From Thermoplasmatota archaeon (GTDB lineage: Archaea; Thermoplasmatota; Penumbrarchaeia; Penumbrarchaeales; Penumbrarchaeaceae): a stretch of 64,000 nt of DNA. The position numbers were made by a program, and so were the translations under genes. This document shows, piece by piece, positions 1-9,103 of this stretch. Under the pieces are notes generated by a model. It was not told the DNA's origin, searched no databases, and saw only the letters and a list, made by a program, of their open reading frames with translations. Position 1 is the stretch's first letter, and each line of letters starts with the position of its first letter. The DNA is taken from positions 96,457-160,456 of the forward strand of contig JALOTP010000001.1 of assembly GCA_025457865.1 (NCBI GenBank), in the 5' to 3' direction.

Positions 1-251
1 GTATCAGGGCATCCTTGACCAGCAGAACGGCCAGAGGGACCGTCAGAACGGATATTGTCAATGATGAGAATAGGAGGATGGGGACGAGTGGCGACCTCAT
101 GGTGGACCCTGCCCTGCCTTCTCTGACCCTCTTCCTTGAGGGAATGAGGACGAAAAGGACCAGAAGCAGGAGGAAAATGGACATTGCCATCACCTCGTAG
201 AGGATCACGAAGAGGTCAATCGCCATGGGGCTTTGTAGCACGAGCGGATAT

Positions 252-1535
252 TTAGGGGTTTTCCTTGAGCCTATCCCTGCGGTGTGGTTCGTGAACGAAC
301 GTAAAGACCATTACGGCCGCTAGGGCTAGAAGGACCGCGGATAAAAGGAAAGGGATGACATCGGCCGGGACCTCGAAGCCCCCGAGCATCATCATCTTGC
401 CGTCCAGCAGGTCCCAGAGGAACCCGCCAAGGACCGGTCCAACGACCCCCCCCAGGTTGTTGAACTGGTGGAGGGTCCCTATGAGCCGTCCGCGGACCTT
501 CTGGGGGACAAGGTCGGCCTGAAGGGCCCTCATGGCGGGAGCCGCGGACTGTATGCCCATCTCCCTGAGCGTGTAGGACCCCAGAGCGATGATCTTGCCC
601 CAAAGCAAGAGAGGCGTTGCTGAGAGGATGAGCGTGAAAAGAGCGGAGAAGAGGCTTCCGGAGACCATCACCGGTTTCCTTCCGTACCTGTCGGCCACCA
701 TCCCCGTCAGGAAGATCATCCCAAGGGCAAGGGCCTGGGCCGCCCCGACAAGGATCGAAAAGTCCCTTGCTTGCAGCCCGAAATGAACGGTCATGAAAAA
801 GACCATGACCACCCCCACCATGGAGAAGGAGAAGCCCTCGATGAAGGAATTGACATAGAGGAAGTCCAGAGACCTCCTGAGCCTCCCCTTGATGTTCGCC
901 ATGGCCTCTTTCTCGCCTGACCGGCGCTCCTTATCGGTGCCCTTCGGTAGGACGTTCTTCAGTAGGAAGAGCCCTAAAAAAGCACCCGCAAGAGAGATGG
1001 CGCTGGTGAAATAGAACGGGACCCTGTAGGATTCCAGAAGGTCAAGGTGGTGCACCTCCTGGGTATAGTAGAGGACGGCTCCCCCCAGGAGCGGGCCGGC
1101 GACCACGCCGGCATTGGTGAAAATCATATAGATGGAAATGGCCCTGCCCCTTTTGTCCTCCGGGGCGGAATCGACAACAAGGGCCTCTCCTGCAGGCCAG
1201 ACCATTGCAGAGGCCGTTCCCTGGAGGACCCTAACTATGAACAGGCCCCACCACTGGTCGGGGACCGTGAACAGGAAAGCAAGGAAGGCGTAGAGGAACA
1301 TCCCCGAGACAATGACCTTCTTCCTTCCGACACGGTCGGAGAGCCTGCCGAATGGAGTCGCAAGGAATGCCCTCGTGAGCATGAAAGAGGCCATCAGGGC
1401 TCCGACCGCGAGGCCGCCGCCGCTCAGCTCTTTGACGTAGAGGGGCAGGAGCGGGAGTATCATCCCGAAGCCCATGTAGATGCTGAAGGCAAGGAGGGAG
1501 GCCACGATGAGGTTTACGACCCACTTGGAAACCAT
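252..1535 (-). CDS. Major facilitator superfamily (MFS) transporter
   Basis: 427 aa. Multiple hydrophobic helices and the MFS-like motif GRLSDRVGRKKV between TM2 and TM3, with a 12-TM-like layout. Confidence 0.8.
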   Translation of the reverse strand: MVSKWVVNLIVASLLAFSIYMGFGMILPLLPLYVKELSGGGLAVGALMASFMLTRAFLATPFGRLSDRVGRKKVIVSGMFLYAFLAFLFTVPDQWWGLFIVRVLQGTASAMVWPAGEALVVDSAPEDKRGRAISIYMIFTNAGVVAGPLLGGAVLYYTQEVHHLDLLESYRVPFYFTSAISLAGAFLGLFLLKNVLPKGTDKERRSGEKEAMANIKGRLRRSLDFLYVNSFIEGFSFSMVGVVMVFFMTVHFGLQARDFSILVGAAQALALGMIFLTGMVADRYGRKPVMVSGSLFSALFTLILSATPLLLWGKIIALGSYTLREMGIQSAAPAMRALQADLVPQKVRGRLIGTLHQFNNLGGVVGPVLGGFLWDLLDGKMMMLGGFEVPADVIPFLLSAVLLALAAVMVFTFVHEPHRRDRLKENP

Positions 1536-1585
1536 TTACGGCCTCACCTGCGCACAGAGGGTTCAGAGCATGACGTCAAAGGGGA

Positions 1586-2413
1586 TCAAAGGTAGGCTAC
1601 CATGCCCTGGACGGACACTAGCGCCATTCCCCCAAGACAGCGTATCCTCAGGTCATATTTGCCGGCCACGGAGATATCCTCCTCGAAGAAGTCCCAGACG
1701 ATCTGCTGGGCCAGTACGACGCTCACCGTCTGGTTCTTGACCAACCTCTCGTAAGGGTCGAACAGGATGAGCTCGAGCTTGGAGGATTGCGTCTCCCTGA
1801 TGTTGGCACCGGTCAGGGTGATGGTGAGGTTCATCCCCTTTGCATCCTCCTTGATGGTCCAGCTAACGTTCGTGGAATTGGGCATGAGGCCAAGGAGCGG
1901 ATCAGCGAGGAGTATGGCGGATTCCGTCGATATCACCTCGTCCTGAGGGACCACCTTGACCGTGACGTTGTCGGAATCGCTCATACCATCCTCATCGTAG
2001 ACGGTCATAGTGATAGCGTAGATACCGGCCTCTGAATATGTCTGAACTATGGACCCGTTGACGGTGGATTCGGGGGCCGAACCGTCACCGAAGTCCCAGA
2101 GGTATGAGAAAATGCCCCTGTTCGATTGGTCCTTTGGAGCGTCAGGGTCGTAGGACCCGTTCCCGTCAAGATAGACGAAATCACCGACCTTGTAGAGGTT
2201 CTTGTCCGAAGAGAGATCGGCCACCGGTGGATTGTTCAGGCCGTCGTCATCGTCGTCCGTCTGGTTATCATTACCTGACGGTTTCCTCATAAGATTGTCC
2301 TGGACGAAGCCTATCACCTTGGGAACGAAGATGATCCCGGCGATCACCACCGCCACCAGCACCGCTATCCCCACATACATCAGGACCCTGTTCGATCCCT
2401 TGCCGGAAGCCAT
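1586..2413 (-). CDS. Membrane-anchored PKD-domain protein
   Basis: 275 aa. N-terminal TM helix (VLMYVGIAVLVAVVIAGIIFV), an acidic linker, then a PKD-like fold with the WDFGDGS motif. Confidence 0.65.
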   Translation of the reverse strand: MASGKGSNRVLMYVGIAVLVAVVIAGIIFVPKVIGFVQDNLMRKPSGNDNQTDDDDDGLNNPPVADLSSDKNLYKVGDFVYLDGNGSYDPDAPKDQSNRGIFSYLWDFGDGSAPESTVNGSIVQTYSEAGIYAITMTVYDEDGMSDSDNVTVKVVPQDEVISTESAILLADPLLGLMPNSTNVSWTIKEDAKGMNLTITLTGANIRETQSSKLELILFDPYERLVKNQTVSVVLAQQIVWDFFEEDISVAGKYDLRIRCLGGMALVSVQGMVAYL

Positions 2414-2508
2414 TTATCTCACCCGTTCTCCTGTAATGTCCGTCTAAGACCAGTAAGGTCATTGACCTATGGTATCTTAATGCTTTTTATGGACGGAGCC
2501 CAACCGTC

Positions 2509-3372
2509 CTAGGGCTTTCCCTTCTGGCGCTCCTCCTTCTGAGAGCGTCTCTGGACTATCCGGTCCATTATGAGCTTCATGTAAACGGCATCATGTTCGA
2601 GCAGCGGGGACTCGGAGATGACAGTGTAGTTGGTGTCCTCCCGGTCCAGCATCATCTCCGCAAGCGGGTCGAACCTGAGGTCCCCCTTCTTCACCGGTGT
2701 GTTCATTATCTTGTCCCCGTCCGAGTGCTCGACACCGGAGAAGTGGAGATAGTACTCGTCCTCTTTAGTGACAGCATGCACCTTCTCGAACAGCTCCTCG
2801 AACCTCTGCTTGTCTAGGAGCTCCCCCTTGGTCCTTGCATGGATGTTGGGAATGTTCAGAACTGGTATGGTCCTCTGGACCCTTTTTACTATGGATAGGA
2901 CCTCATCGACGGTCCCGAAGACCTTCTGCCGGCCGGATGTCTCGAGCCCGAGCCTCACATCGAGCTTCTCCTTCTTGAACCGGTCCCTTATGGCCCTGAC
3001 CTGTGTTACGGCCAGTTCGAGCGCCTTATTGTGGGAGAGATTATGGTACATGCCAATGTGGGTCACTACCAGGTCGCTCCCGAGCTTCTTTGCTATCTTC
3101 CCCGCCCAGATTATGTTCTCGAAGGACCGCTCCCTGTAGAACTTGTCCCCCAGGAGGTCCATGTAGTACGGGGCATGGATGGTCAGTCTGACATCCAGCT
3201 CCTCTCCGAGCTCCCTGATCAGGTCGAGGTCCTCCTGGACCTCCCTCTGAGGCCGCAGAAGCTGGACCTCCATAGCATCAAGCTGGAGGGCATGGATGTC
3301 CTCTATGCCGTCCTTCAATGTCCTGCCCTTGCAGGACAGTGGTATACCCGCAGGTCCGAACCTTATACCCAT
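2509..3372 (-). CDS. nfo: Endonuclease IV (Nfo)-family AP endonuclease / xylose-isomerase-like TIM barrel
   Basis: Blocks TIHAPYY, VTHIG, LGLETSG, NIPNIHA, YYLHFSG and TVISE align with the Nfo metal-binding motifs. The ORF 2509..3405 probably starts at internal Met 3372 (MGIRFGPAGIP, a typical archaeal Nfo N-terminus). Confidence 0.65.
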   Translation of the reverse strand: MGIRFGPAGIPLSCKGRTLKDGIEDIHALQLDAMEVQLLRPQREVQEDLDLIRELGEELDVRLTIHAPYYMDLLGDKFYRERSFENIIWAGKIAKKLGSDLVVTHIGMYHNLSHNKALELAVTQVRAIRDRFKKEKLDVRLGLETSGRQKVFGTVDEVLSIVKRVQRTIPVLNIPNIHARTKGELLDKQRFEELFEKVHAVTKEDEYYLHFSGVEHSDGDKIMNTPVKKGDLRFDPLAEMMLDREDTNYTVISESPLLEHDAVYMKLIMDRIVQRRSQKEERQKGKP

Positions 3373-3531
3373 CTTGCACCCAACTCCTTTGCTGTGAGAG
3401 GTCATGGACCACCGGCCTCTGGACCGTAGTCCCCAACCTTATTATTTGCACCTTGCTATTATTTATACCTTTCCCGTTTTTAACAGACATCCAAACCATT
3501 TTCTGCCTTATTGCCCGGTCCTCTGGTGGCA

Positions 3532-4413
3532 TCAGAGGGATACCTTACCCTTTTTGAGCAGCATTTCCACCGCCTTGTCCGCTGCATCTTCCAGCTTCTC
3601 TCCGTTATCAAGGGCCTCGTTGACAGCCTTGTTCTGTTCGTCCATCAGAGCCCTTGCGTCCCTTTTGAGCCTGTCCCTCTCTCCCCTAAGCTGCACGACC
3701 TTCTCCCGAAGCTCCAGGGACTTCTTGTGATATGAATCCGCCTGCTGCCTCAGCTCCAGGTACTCCTGGTGCTTCTTGTCCGCCTCGTTCCTCAGATGGT
3801 CCAGGGACGGTGTGACGGAATCGATCTCCTTCTGGAGGTCATCCAGTTTCTCCATGAGCTCCCGGACCTTCTTGTGCTCCTCATCGGAGAGCCTTCTCAG
3901 CTCCTCTATCTCCTCTTCCTTCGAGAGGAGCTCCGTCCTGTGGGTCTGGAACACCTCGCCCTTGCCCCTGAGCTCGTTCATCCTCTTCCTCTTCTCCTCT
4001 ATCTGGGAGACGAGCTCCCTCTCCTTGCCCATGGAGAGGGGCATGGTCTGATAACGGTGTTCGAGCTCGTTTAAGTCCTTTTCCAGGACCACTATGTCCT
4101 CGTAAGGGTCCTTGACGGCACCCTCTTTCTTCCTTTTGAAGCCGAGAAGTGCCCTGGCGCGCTCAGTGTACAGGTCCCTCCTTGCGCGGGCGGCCTTCAT
4201 CTCCTCTATCAGTGCCGACCTCTTGTCCCTGGTTGCCCTTAACTGCTCCAGGATCGCTTTGCGCTTGTTTTGCAGGTCGTCCCTTAGCTCCCTGACGACC
4301 TTGGCCTGATCGTTAAGGCCATCCCTCCTCTCATAGATGGACCTGAGCCGTTTCTCCCCGTCAGAGAGTTCCCTGACCAGTTCTTGGGGCACCTCATCCG
4401 GGTCCATACGCAA
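3532..4413 (-). CDS. Conserved archaeal coiled-coil protein (COG1340-like)
   Basis: 293 aa, almost entirely heptad-like and charged (E/K/R/L-rich). No enzymatic motifs. Confidence 0.55.
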   Translation of the reverse strand: MRMDPDEVPQELVRELSDGEKRLRSIYERRDGLNDQAKVVRELRDDLQNKRKAILEQLRATRDKRSALIEEMKAARARRDLYTERARALLGFKRKKEGAVKDPYEDIVVLEKDLNELEHRYQTMPLSMGKERELVSQIEEKRKRMNELRGKGEVFQTHRTELLSKEEEIEELRRLSDEEHKKVRELMEKLDDLQKEIDSVTPSLDHLRNEADKKHQEYLELRQQADSYHKKSLELREKVVQLRGERDRLKRDARALMDEQNKAVNEALDNGEKLEDAADKAVEMLLKKGKVSL

Positions 4414-4465
4414 TACCTCGAGAAAGGGATTTTTTGGTAATGGGGAACAGATACTTAAAGGACAC

Positions 4466-5242
4466 CTATGGTCGCGCCTTAGAATGGGAAGTGTTCGCTA
4501 TCTTGCCAGCCATTGCCCCGGCAACGAACCCGGCATCTATGTTGACGACTGCCAGTGGGGAGCAGCTCTGGAGCATGGCGAAGAGAGCGGTCTCACCCTT
4601 GCCGTGCAGGCCGTAGCCAGTGGAGACCGGCAGTCCTATCACCGGGACCTTGACCAGACCAGAGACCAGGGTTGGCAGGGCTCCTTCCCTTCCTGCCGAG
4701 ACTATGATGACGTCCGCCCCCCATTCCCTGAGCTGATGAAGGGGTCCCAGCAGCCTGTGGACACCTGCGACACCGACATCATGGAAGGCCATTGTGGCGC
4801 ACCCCATCTCCCTTGCCGTCAGCTCTGCTTCGAGGCTGACCGGTATGTCAGAGGTCCCAGCACTGAGCAGCCCTACCCTCCCACCTGTGGGGTGGAGGAT
4901 GGAACTGGCCGTCCTTGCGGTCAGGAAACCAGCCCTATCATCGTAGGTGTTCGTCAGGTCAGGGAAGCCCTCTTTGAGGGAACATAACAGCTCATCGCAT
5001 GCAGACCGCCCGAGCCTGGAGACTATCGCCCTTTGTGTCCTTCTCAGGAACTCCGAGGAGATCTCGAACAATTGTCCCTGCGTCTTTCCGTCGGCTATGA
5101 TGACCTCGGGTACCCCGGTCCTATATTCTCTGCCAGTGTCTATATTACATTCGAGCTCGCCGTAGAGCCTCCGTTCGAGCTCCTTAAGAGCATCATCGAC
5201 CGATGTCCTTTTCTCGGAGACCGCTCTCAGAAGGTCCTCCAT
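4466..5242 (-). CDS. larB: Nickel-pincer cofactor biosynthesis protein LarB (PurE-like AIR carboxylase family)
   Basis: GLLSAGTSDIPV, VGVAGVHRLLG, IIVSAGREGALP and VVNIDAGFVAGAMA match LarB/PurE-like motifs. The ORF extends to 5368, but the Met at 5242 (MEDLLRAV) gives the expected ~258 aa. Confidence 0.75.
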   Translation of the reverse strand: MEDLLRAVSEKRTSVDDALKELERRLYGELECNIDTGREYRTGVPEVIIADGKTQGQLFEISSEFLRRTQRAIVSRLGRSACDELLCSLKEGFPDLTNTYDDRAGFLTARTASSILHPTGGRVGLLSAGTSDIPVSLEAELTAREMGCATMAFHDVGVAGVHRLLGPLHQLREWGADVIIVSAGREGALPTLVSGLVKVPVIGLPVSTGYGLHGKGETALFAMLQSCSPLAVVNIDAGFVAGAMAGKIANTSHSKARP

Positions 5243-5310
5243 GACCGGTCCAAAGGTTCTGTCCTTATTATCATTACGGGTAGGGAAGGGCTTAATAGAG
5301 GCCTTACGGA

Positions 5311-7113
5311 TTGCCCAGCGGTCCAGCCTATGCTCTGGACCTGTCCAGGGATCGGCCCCGGGGTGCATGTTTGGTCAGGGAAACCGCTGTGGTCCAAGGC
5401 GACGGGAAGGCCCTCTCCGAAAGGGCCAGGGAAGCTGCCAGACAGCTTGGCCTCTCTTCCAGTGGTGCCGACCTCTTTTCTGTGGCCAGCATGTTCCCGA
5501 GGTTCGGAGGGTCCCATTTCCTGGTGATGAAAGGGCAGGACCCCCTCCATATTTGGGTGCCGGAAGGGGATGACTTCGTCTGGTCCCAACCGGCCCATGG
5601 ACCCCTGGGGAGGTTGGTATCGGACCAGCTGCGATGCCTGCAGGAAAGGCTCTCCATCGAAGGGATAGGGGGTCATAGATTGGTATATCAGCCGATGGGC
5701 CCCCTCCCCTCGTCAGTTGTTGATGTCCAGGAAGGTGCAGGGGTCATAGGTCTGGTCCTCGAAGAGGGGAACAGGGTCATCATAAGGAAAGAGAACGAAA
5801 ATAGCCGGACGGTCCTCGAATACCTCATCCGGCCCGAGACCGACCTGAGGCCGACGTTCATCCTGTCCCGATTGAGCTCAAAAGGGCTGAGGTCCGTCCC
5901 GGAGCTGCTCGGCACATCCTACTGGTCCCGTGGGGAGGAGCAAAGACCCTGGATGAGGATGGTCCGGTTCCCCCGCGGGACCGGTCCGGCCATGAGCCCC
6001 TTCCTCTCGGACCTCAGCGACCTGACATTGAGGTTCCTGGGCCTTGAGGGCGATAAGGCCAAACAGTACATGATGGGGCTTGCGAGCTCTGAGCAGTCTC
6101 CGTCCTTCAGTGCCGCCTTCAGACTGGGACTCTCCCTGGGCGAACTGCACGGGAAGGTCCTCTTCACACCGGAAGAAGCGTCGTCCGTCCGTGGGGACAG
6201 GAACCGTTCGGACCTGGCCGGTCTGTTCATGAACGGCAAGATGGGCATGGAACAGGTCGGGGCTTTGGTCGGGTGCTATTCCTCCTGTCAGGCTAGTGTT
6301 AGGAAGGGATTGACGAAGATACTCGGCGACCCCGAACCGGCCAGTCCATCCGGTCAGAGGAAGCTCAAGGTGGTCAGGAAGAAGGGAAGGGCTGTTCGAG
6401 GCGAAGGTCTGGAGCAGCTCTCGATGCTCAGATGGCATTTCCTCAGGGAGGCCGAGAGGCTAAGGTCACTGGTTATGGGGCTGAAGGCCCTCAGCGGGAC
6501 ACCGGCTGTGATGTCAGGTCTTGATGCTAGGTTGGATCGGATGGAGATGACAGGGGACGGGCAGTTCATCTTCAAGAGGTTCGATTTCGCTCTCCAGCGG
6601 GCCCAGGGGAGGACCGATGACAGGATGACAGGGCTCAAGGACCTCTCTTTGGTACTCAACTCCTTTATGAAGGTCCGCTACCTCTGCGCTTCCTCACTTC
6701 TGAGGAAGGCATCCCTTTCCCTGAGCGTACCTGCACAGGAGCTTGAGACGGTCTTCCTTGATTACAATATGGCAAAGAGAGGGCACCGTGCCATGCTCAC
6801 TGACCTACCGGTATGGCTGAGGATCGGTCATAAGGAAGCGGGCTTCAGGTACACGTTCGCCGCAGCCGTGGTCGGTTCCATCTGGTACGAAAAGGCCAGG
6901 AACCAGCTGGTCAGCGGTTACAACATGGGGGTCGGTCTTACAGGAAGGGATGAGCTCCTGGAATACCCGGAGAAGGTGGACACGGTCGAATGCATGCGGT
7001 CCATCCAGTGCCTTGCAGCGCTCTCATCCGCCTCTGATGCGCTCTCCCATCCCGAGGGCCCAAGGTCCTCCGTGGGGCTTTCCAATGACCTGTTCACCGC
7101 CCTACTGGTATGA
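5311..7113 (+). CDS. Hypothetical protein (600-aa ORF; possible phosphotransferase-like, unrecognised)
   Basis: Longest ORF in this region by far, whereas the antisense ORFs are 186 aa or shorter. I recognise no motif with confidence, and the true start may be an internal Met (e.g. MFPRFGG at ~5491). Confidence 0.4.
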   Translation: MPSGPAYALDLSRDRPRGACLVRETAVVQGDGKALSERAREAARQLGLSSSGADLFSVASMFPRFGGSHFLVMKGQDPLHIWVPEGDDFVWSQPAHGPLGRLVSDQLRCLQERLSIEGIGGHRLVYQPMGPLPSSVVDVQEGAGVIGLVLEEGNRVIIRKENENSRTVLEYLIRPETDLRPTFILSRLSSKGLRSVPELLGTSYWSRGEEQRPWMRMVRFPRGTGPAMSPFLSDLSDLTLRFLGLEGDKAKQYMMGLASSEQSPSFSAAFRLGLSLGELHGKVLFTPEEASSVRGDRNRSDLAGLFMNGKMGMEQVGALVGCYSSCQASVRKGLTKILGDPEPASPSGQRKLKVVRKKGRAVRGEGLEQLSMLRWHFLREAERLRSLVMGLKALSGTPAVMSGLDARLDRMEMTGDGQFIFKRFDFALQRAQGRTDDRMTGLKDLSLVLNSFMKVRYLCASSLLRKASLSLSVPAQELETVFLDYNMAKRGHRAMLTDLPVWLRIGHKEAGFRYTFAAAVVGSIWYEKARNQLVSGYNMGVGLTGRDELLEYPEKVDTVECMRSIQCLAALSSASDALSHPEGPRSSVGLSNDLFTALLV

Positions 7114-8952
7114 ACCAGAGTAATAGTACTCTCCGCTGGACTTCTGTTCGGTGTCAAGCCTGCTCCCGAGCTTGTTTATCCTCGGCCTCTTGGTGTCCAT
7201 GTCCCTTCTGAAGGTTATGCCCACGTCATTTAGGAAAAGGTTCATACCTTCCCGGAGGTCCAGCGGCCCGACGGCACGACCGTTCACCGAAGGGTCCCCG
7301 GAGAAGACCATCAGCGTGTCGGATACCAGGTCTATGAAATAGACATCATGGTCAACGATGAGGCCGGAGCGGGAGCTCTTCTCGATGACACGCCGAATCA
7401 CCTTTGCCGCCTCCATCCTCTGGTTGGCGTCAAGATAGGCCGAGGGCTCGTCGAGCATGTAGAGGTCCGCCTCCTGTGCAAGGCACATGGCTATGGCGAC
7501 CCTCTGCTGTTCACCGCCGGAGAGGCGCGACATCTCCTTGGGGTAGAGGTGCTTGAGATCGAGCGGCCCCTCTATCTCCGATGCGAAGAACCCTGCCGCG
7601 AACCGCTCCTTGAGGGAGATGATGAAGTACTCCTCCACGGTCCCATCGAAATCGTGCTTTATGTACTGGGGCTTGTACGAGATCTTGAAGTCCACCTTGA
7701 CGCTGCCCTTGTCCGGTGCGACCTCGCCTGCGAGCATCTTGACGAAGGTGGTCTTCCCTGTCGCATTGGGGCCCACGCAGCCCACGACCTCCCCCATGTG
7801 TATGACCCCTGCCTTGCTCTTGAAGTGGAAGCTGGGGAACCTCTTCTCTAGGGATGGGAAGATCAGGAGGTCGCCGCCCGACCATGAGGTTCGGGGCGGG
7901 TGGTCCAAGAACTCAACGGGCTTGTCCCTGAACCTCACGTTCTCCTCCCTCATGAAACCGTCCAGGAAGGTGTTTATGGCATGCTTGACGGTCTTTGGCT
8001 TGATCACGACACCATAGGACCCCGCCTCGCCGTACATCAGGCAGGCGTTATCGGCAAGGAAATCGAGTATGGCCAGGTCATGCTCCACGACAAGGACCTG
8101 TCTTCTCTCTCCCAGCTCCTTGATGACCTGGGAAGCGCGGAGCCTCTGTTTTATGTCCAGGTACGAGGAGGGTTCGTCGAAGAAATAGAGGTCCGCATCC
8201 TTCAGTATGGTCGCGGCAAGGGCGACCCTCTGCAGCTCGCCGCCAGAGAGCTTGTCAAGGGTCCTATCCAACACCCGCTCTATCTCGAACTTCGCGGCCA
8301 CCTCGGCAACGCCGTCGGGCCTCACCTTCGTGAGCATCTCCCTCACGGTGCCGCTGAAAGCCTTGGGAATCGAGTCCACGTACTGGGGTTTCAGCGCGCA
8401 GCGTATCTGGCCCTCAGATATCCTCTTGAAATGTTCGTAGAGCCCCGTCCCTGCGAAACGCTTCATCACATCCTGCCAGTTCTGCGGGGGGATGTCCATA
8501 TCTTCCTTCTCTAACCTTCTTGAACCGAAGGGCCTCGCCGCGTTCTTCTCATCCGGGTCTGGGTCCATGCCGAGGCCGAAATTGGGGAGGAGGCCTCCCG
8601 ATAGTATGTTGAGTATGGTGGACTTCCCTATGCCGTTCGACCCCAGCAGACCAAGGACCCTGCCCTCCTGAGGGTAAGGGATGCGGAAGAGCCTGAAGCC
8701 GTTGGGACCGAACTGGTGGATGAGGTCATATTCGAGCTCGGAGGGGAGGTTCGTTATTCGGATCGCATCGAAGGGGCATTTGTGGACGCATATGCCGCAC
8801 CCCACGCAGAGCTCCTCGTCTATGACGGGCTTGTTCTTGGGGTCCCAGGAGAATATCTCGTCCCCGGCCCTGACGCGGGGGCAGAAGTTGTAGCACTCCT
8901 TGGAGCACTTCTTGGGCTGGCATCTGTCGTATATGAGGGATGCGATGCGCAT
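7102..8952 (-). CDS. abce1: ABCE1 / RNase L inhibitor-type ribosome-recycling ATPase
   Basis: N-terminal 4Fe-4S ferredoxin cysteines (CQPKKCSKECYNFCP, CVGCGICVHKCP) followed by two ABC ATPase domains (GSNGIGKST, LSGGELQRVA; GPNATGKTT, LSGGEQQRVA). 616 aa. Confidence 0.95.
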   Translation of the reverse strand: MRIASLIYDRCQPKKCSKECYNFCPRVRAGDEIFSWDPKNKPVIDEELCVGCGICVHKCPFDAIRITNLPSELEYDLIHQFGPNGFRLFRIPYPQEGRVLGLLGSNGIGKSTILNILSGGLLPNFGLGMDPDPDEKNAARPFGSRRLEKEDMDIPPQNWQDVMKRFAGTGLYEHFKRISEGQIRCALKPQYVDSIPKAFSGTVREMLTKVRPDGVAEVAAKFEIERVLDRTLDKLSGGELQRVALAATILKDADLYFFDEPSSYLDIKQRLRASQVIKELGERRQVLVVEHDLAILDFLADNACLMYGEAGSYGVVIKPKTVKHAINTFLDGFMREENVRFRDKPVEFLDHPPRTSWSGGDLLIFPSLEKRFPSFHFKSKAGVIHMGEVVGCVGPNATGKTTFVKMLAGEVAPDKGSVKVDFKISYKPQYIKHDFDGTVEEYFIISLKERFAAGFFASEIEGPLDLKHLYPKEMSRLSGGEQQRVAIAMCLAQEADLYMLDEPSAYLDANQRMEAAKVIRRVIEKSSRSGLIVDHDVYFIDLVSDTLMVFSGDPSVNGRAVGPLDLREGMNLFLNDVGITFRRDMDTKRPRINKLGSRLDTEQKSSGEYYYSGSYQ

Positions 8953-9070
8953 CGTTATCCCGGGTCCATGGACGTATGGTAGATAAATGTTGGTCAGGGG
9001 GCGGGGAAGGAGCGGAGATCACGATAAGGTGCCATCGTCGATGGGAGGTCCGGATGGGTCATTGGTAAGG

Positions 9071-9099
9071 ATTATATATGTTTGAACATATGTTTAAAC
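9071..9099 (+). promoter_or_regulatory. TATA-like box (ATTATATAT) plus imperfect palindrome GTTTGAACATATGTTTAAAC directly upstream of the antitoxin start
   Basis: The AT-rich box at 9071-9079 lies about 25 nt before the ATG at 9104/9110, implying a near-leaderless transcript. The 20-bp inverted repeat at 9080-9099 sits between the box and the start codon, as expected for an autoregulatory operator. Confidence 0.45.
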
Positions 9100-9103
9100 T
9101 GAG

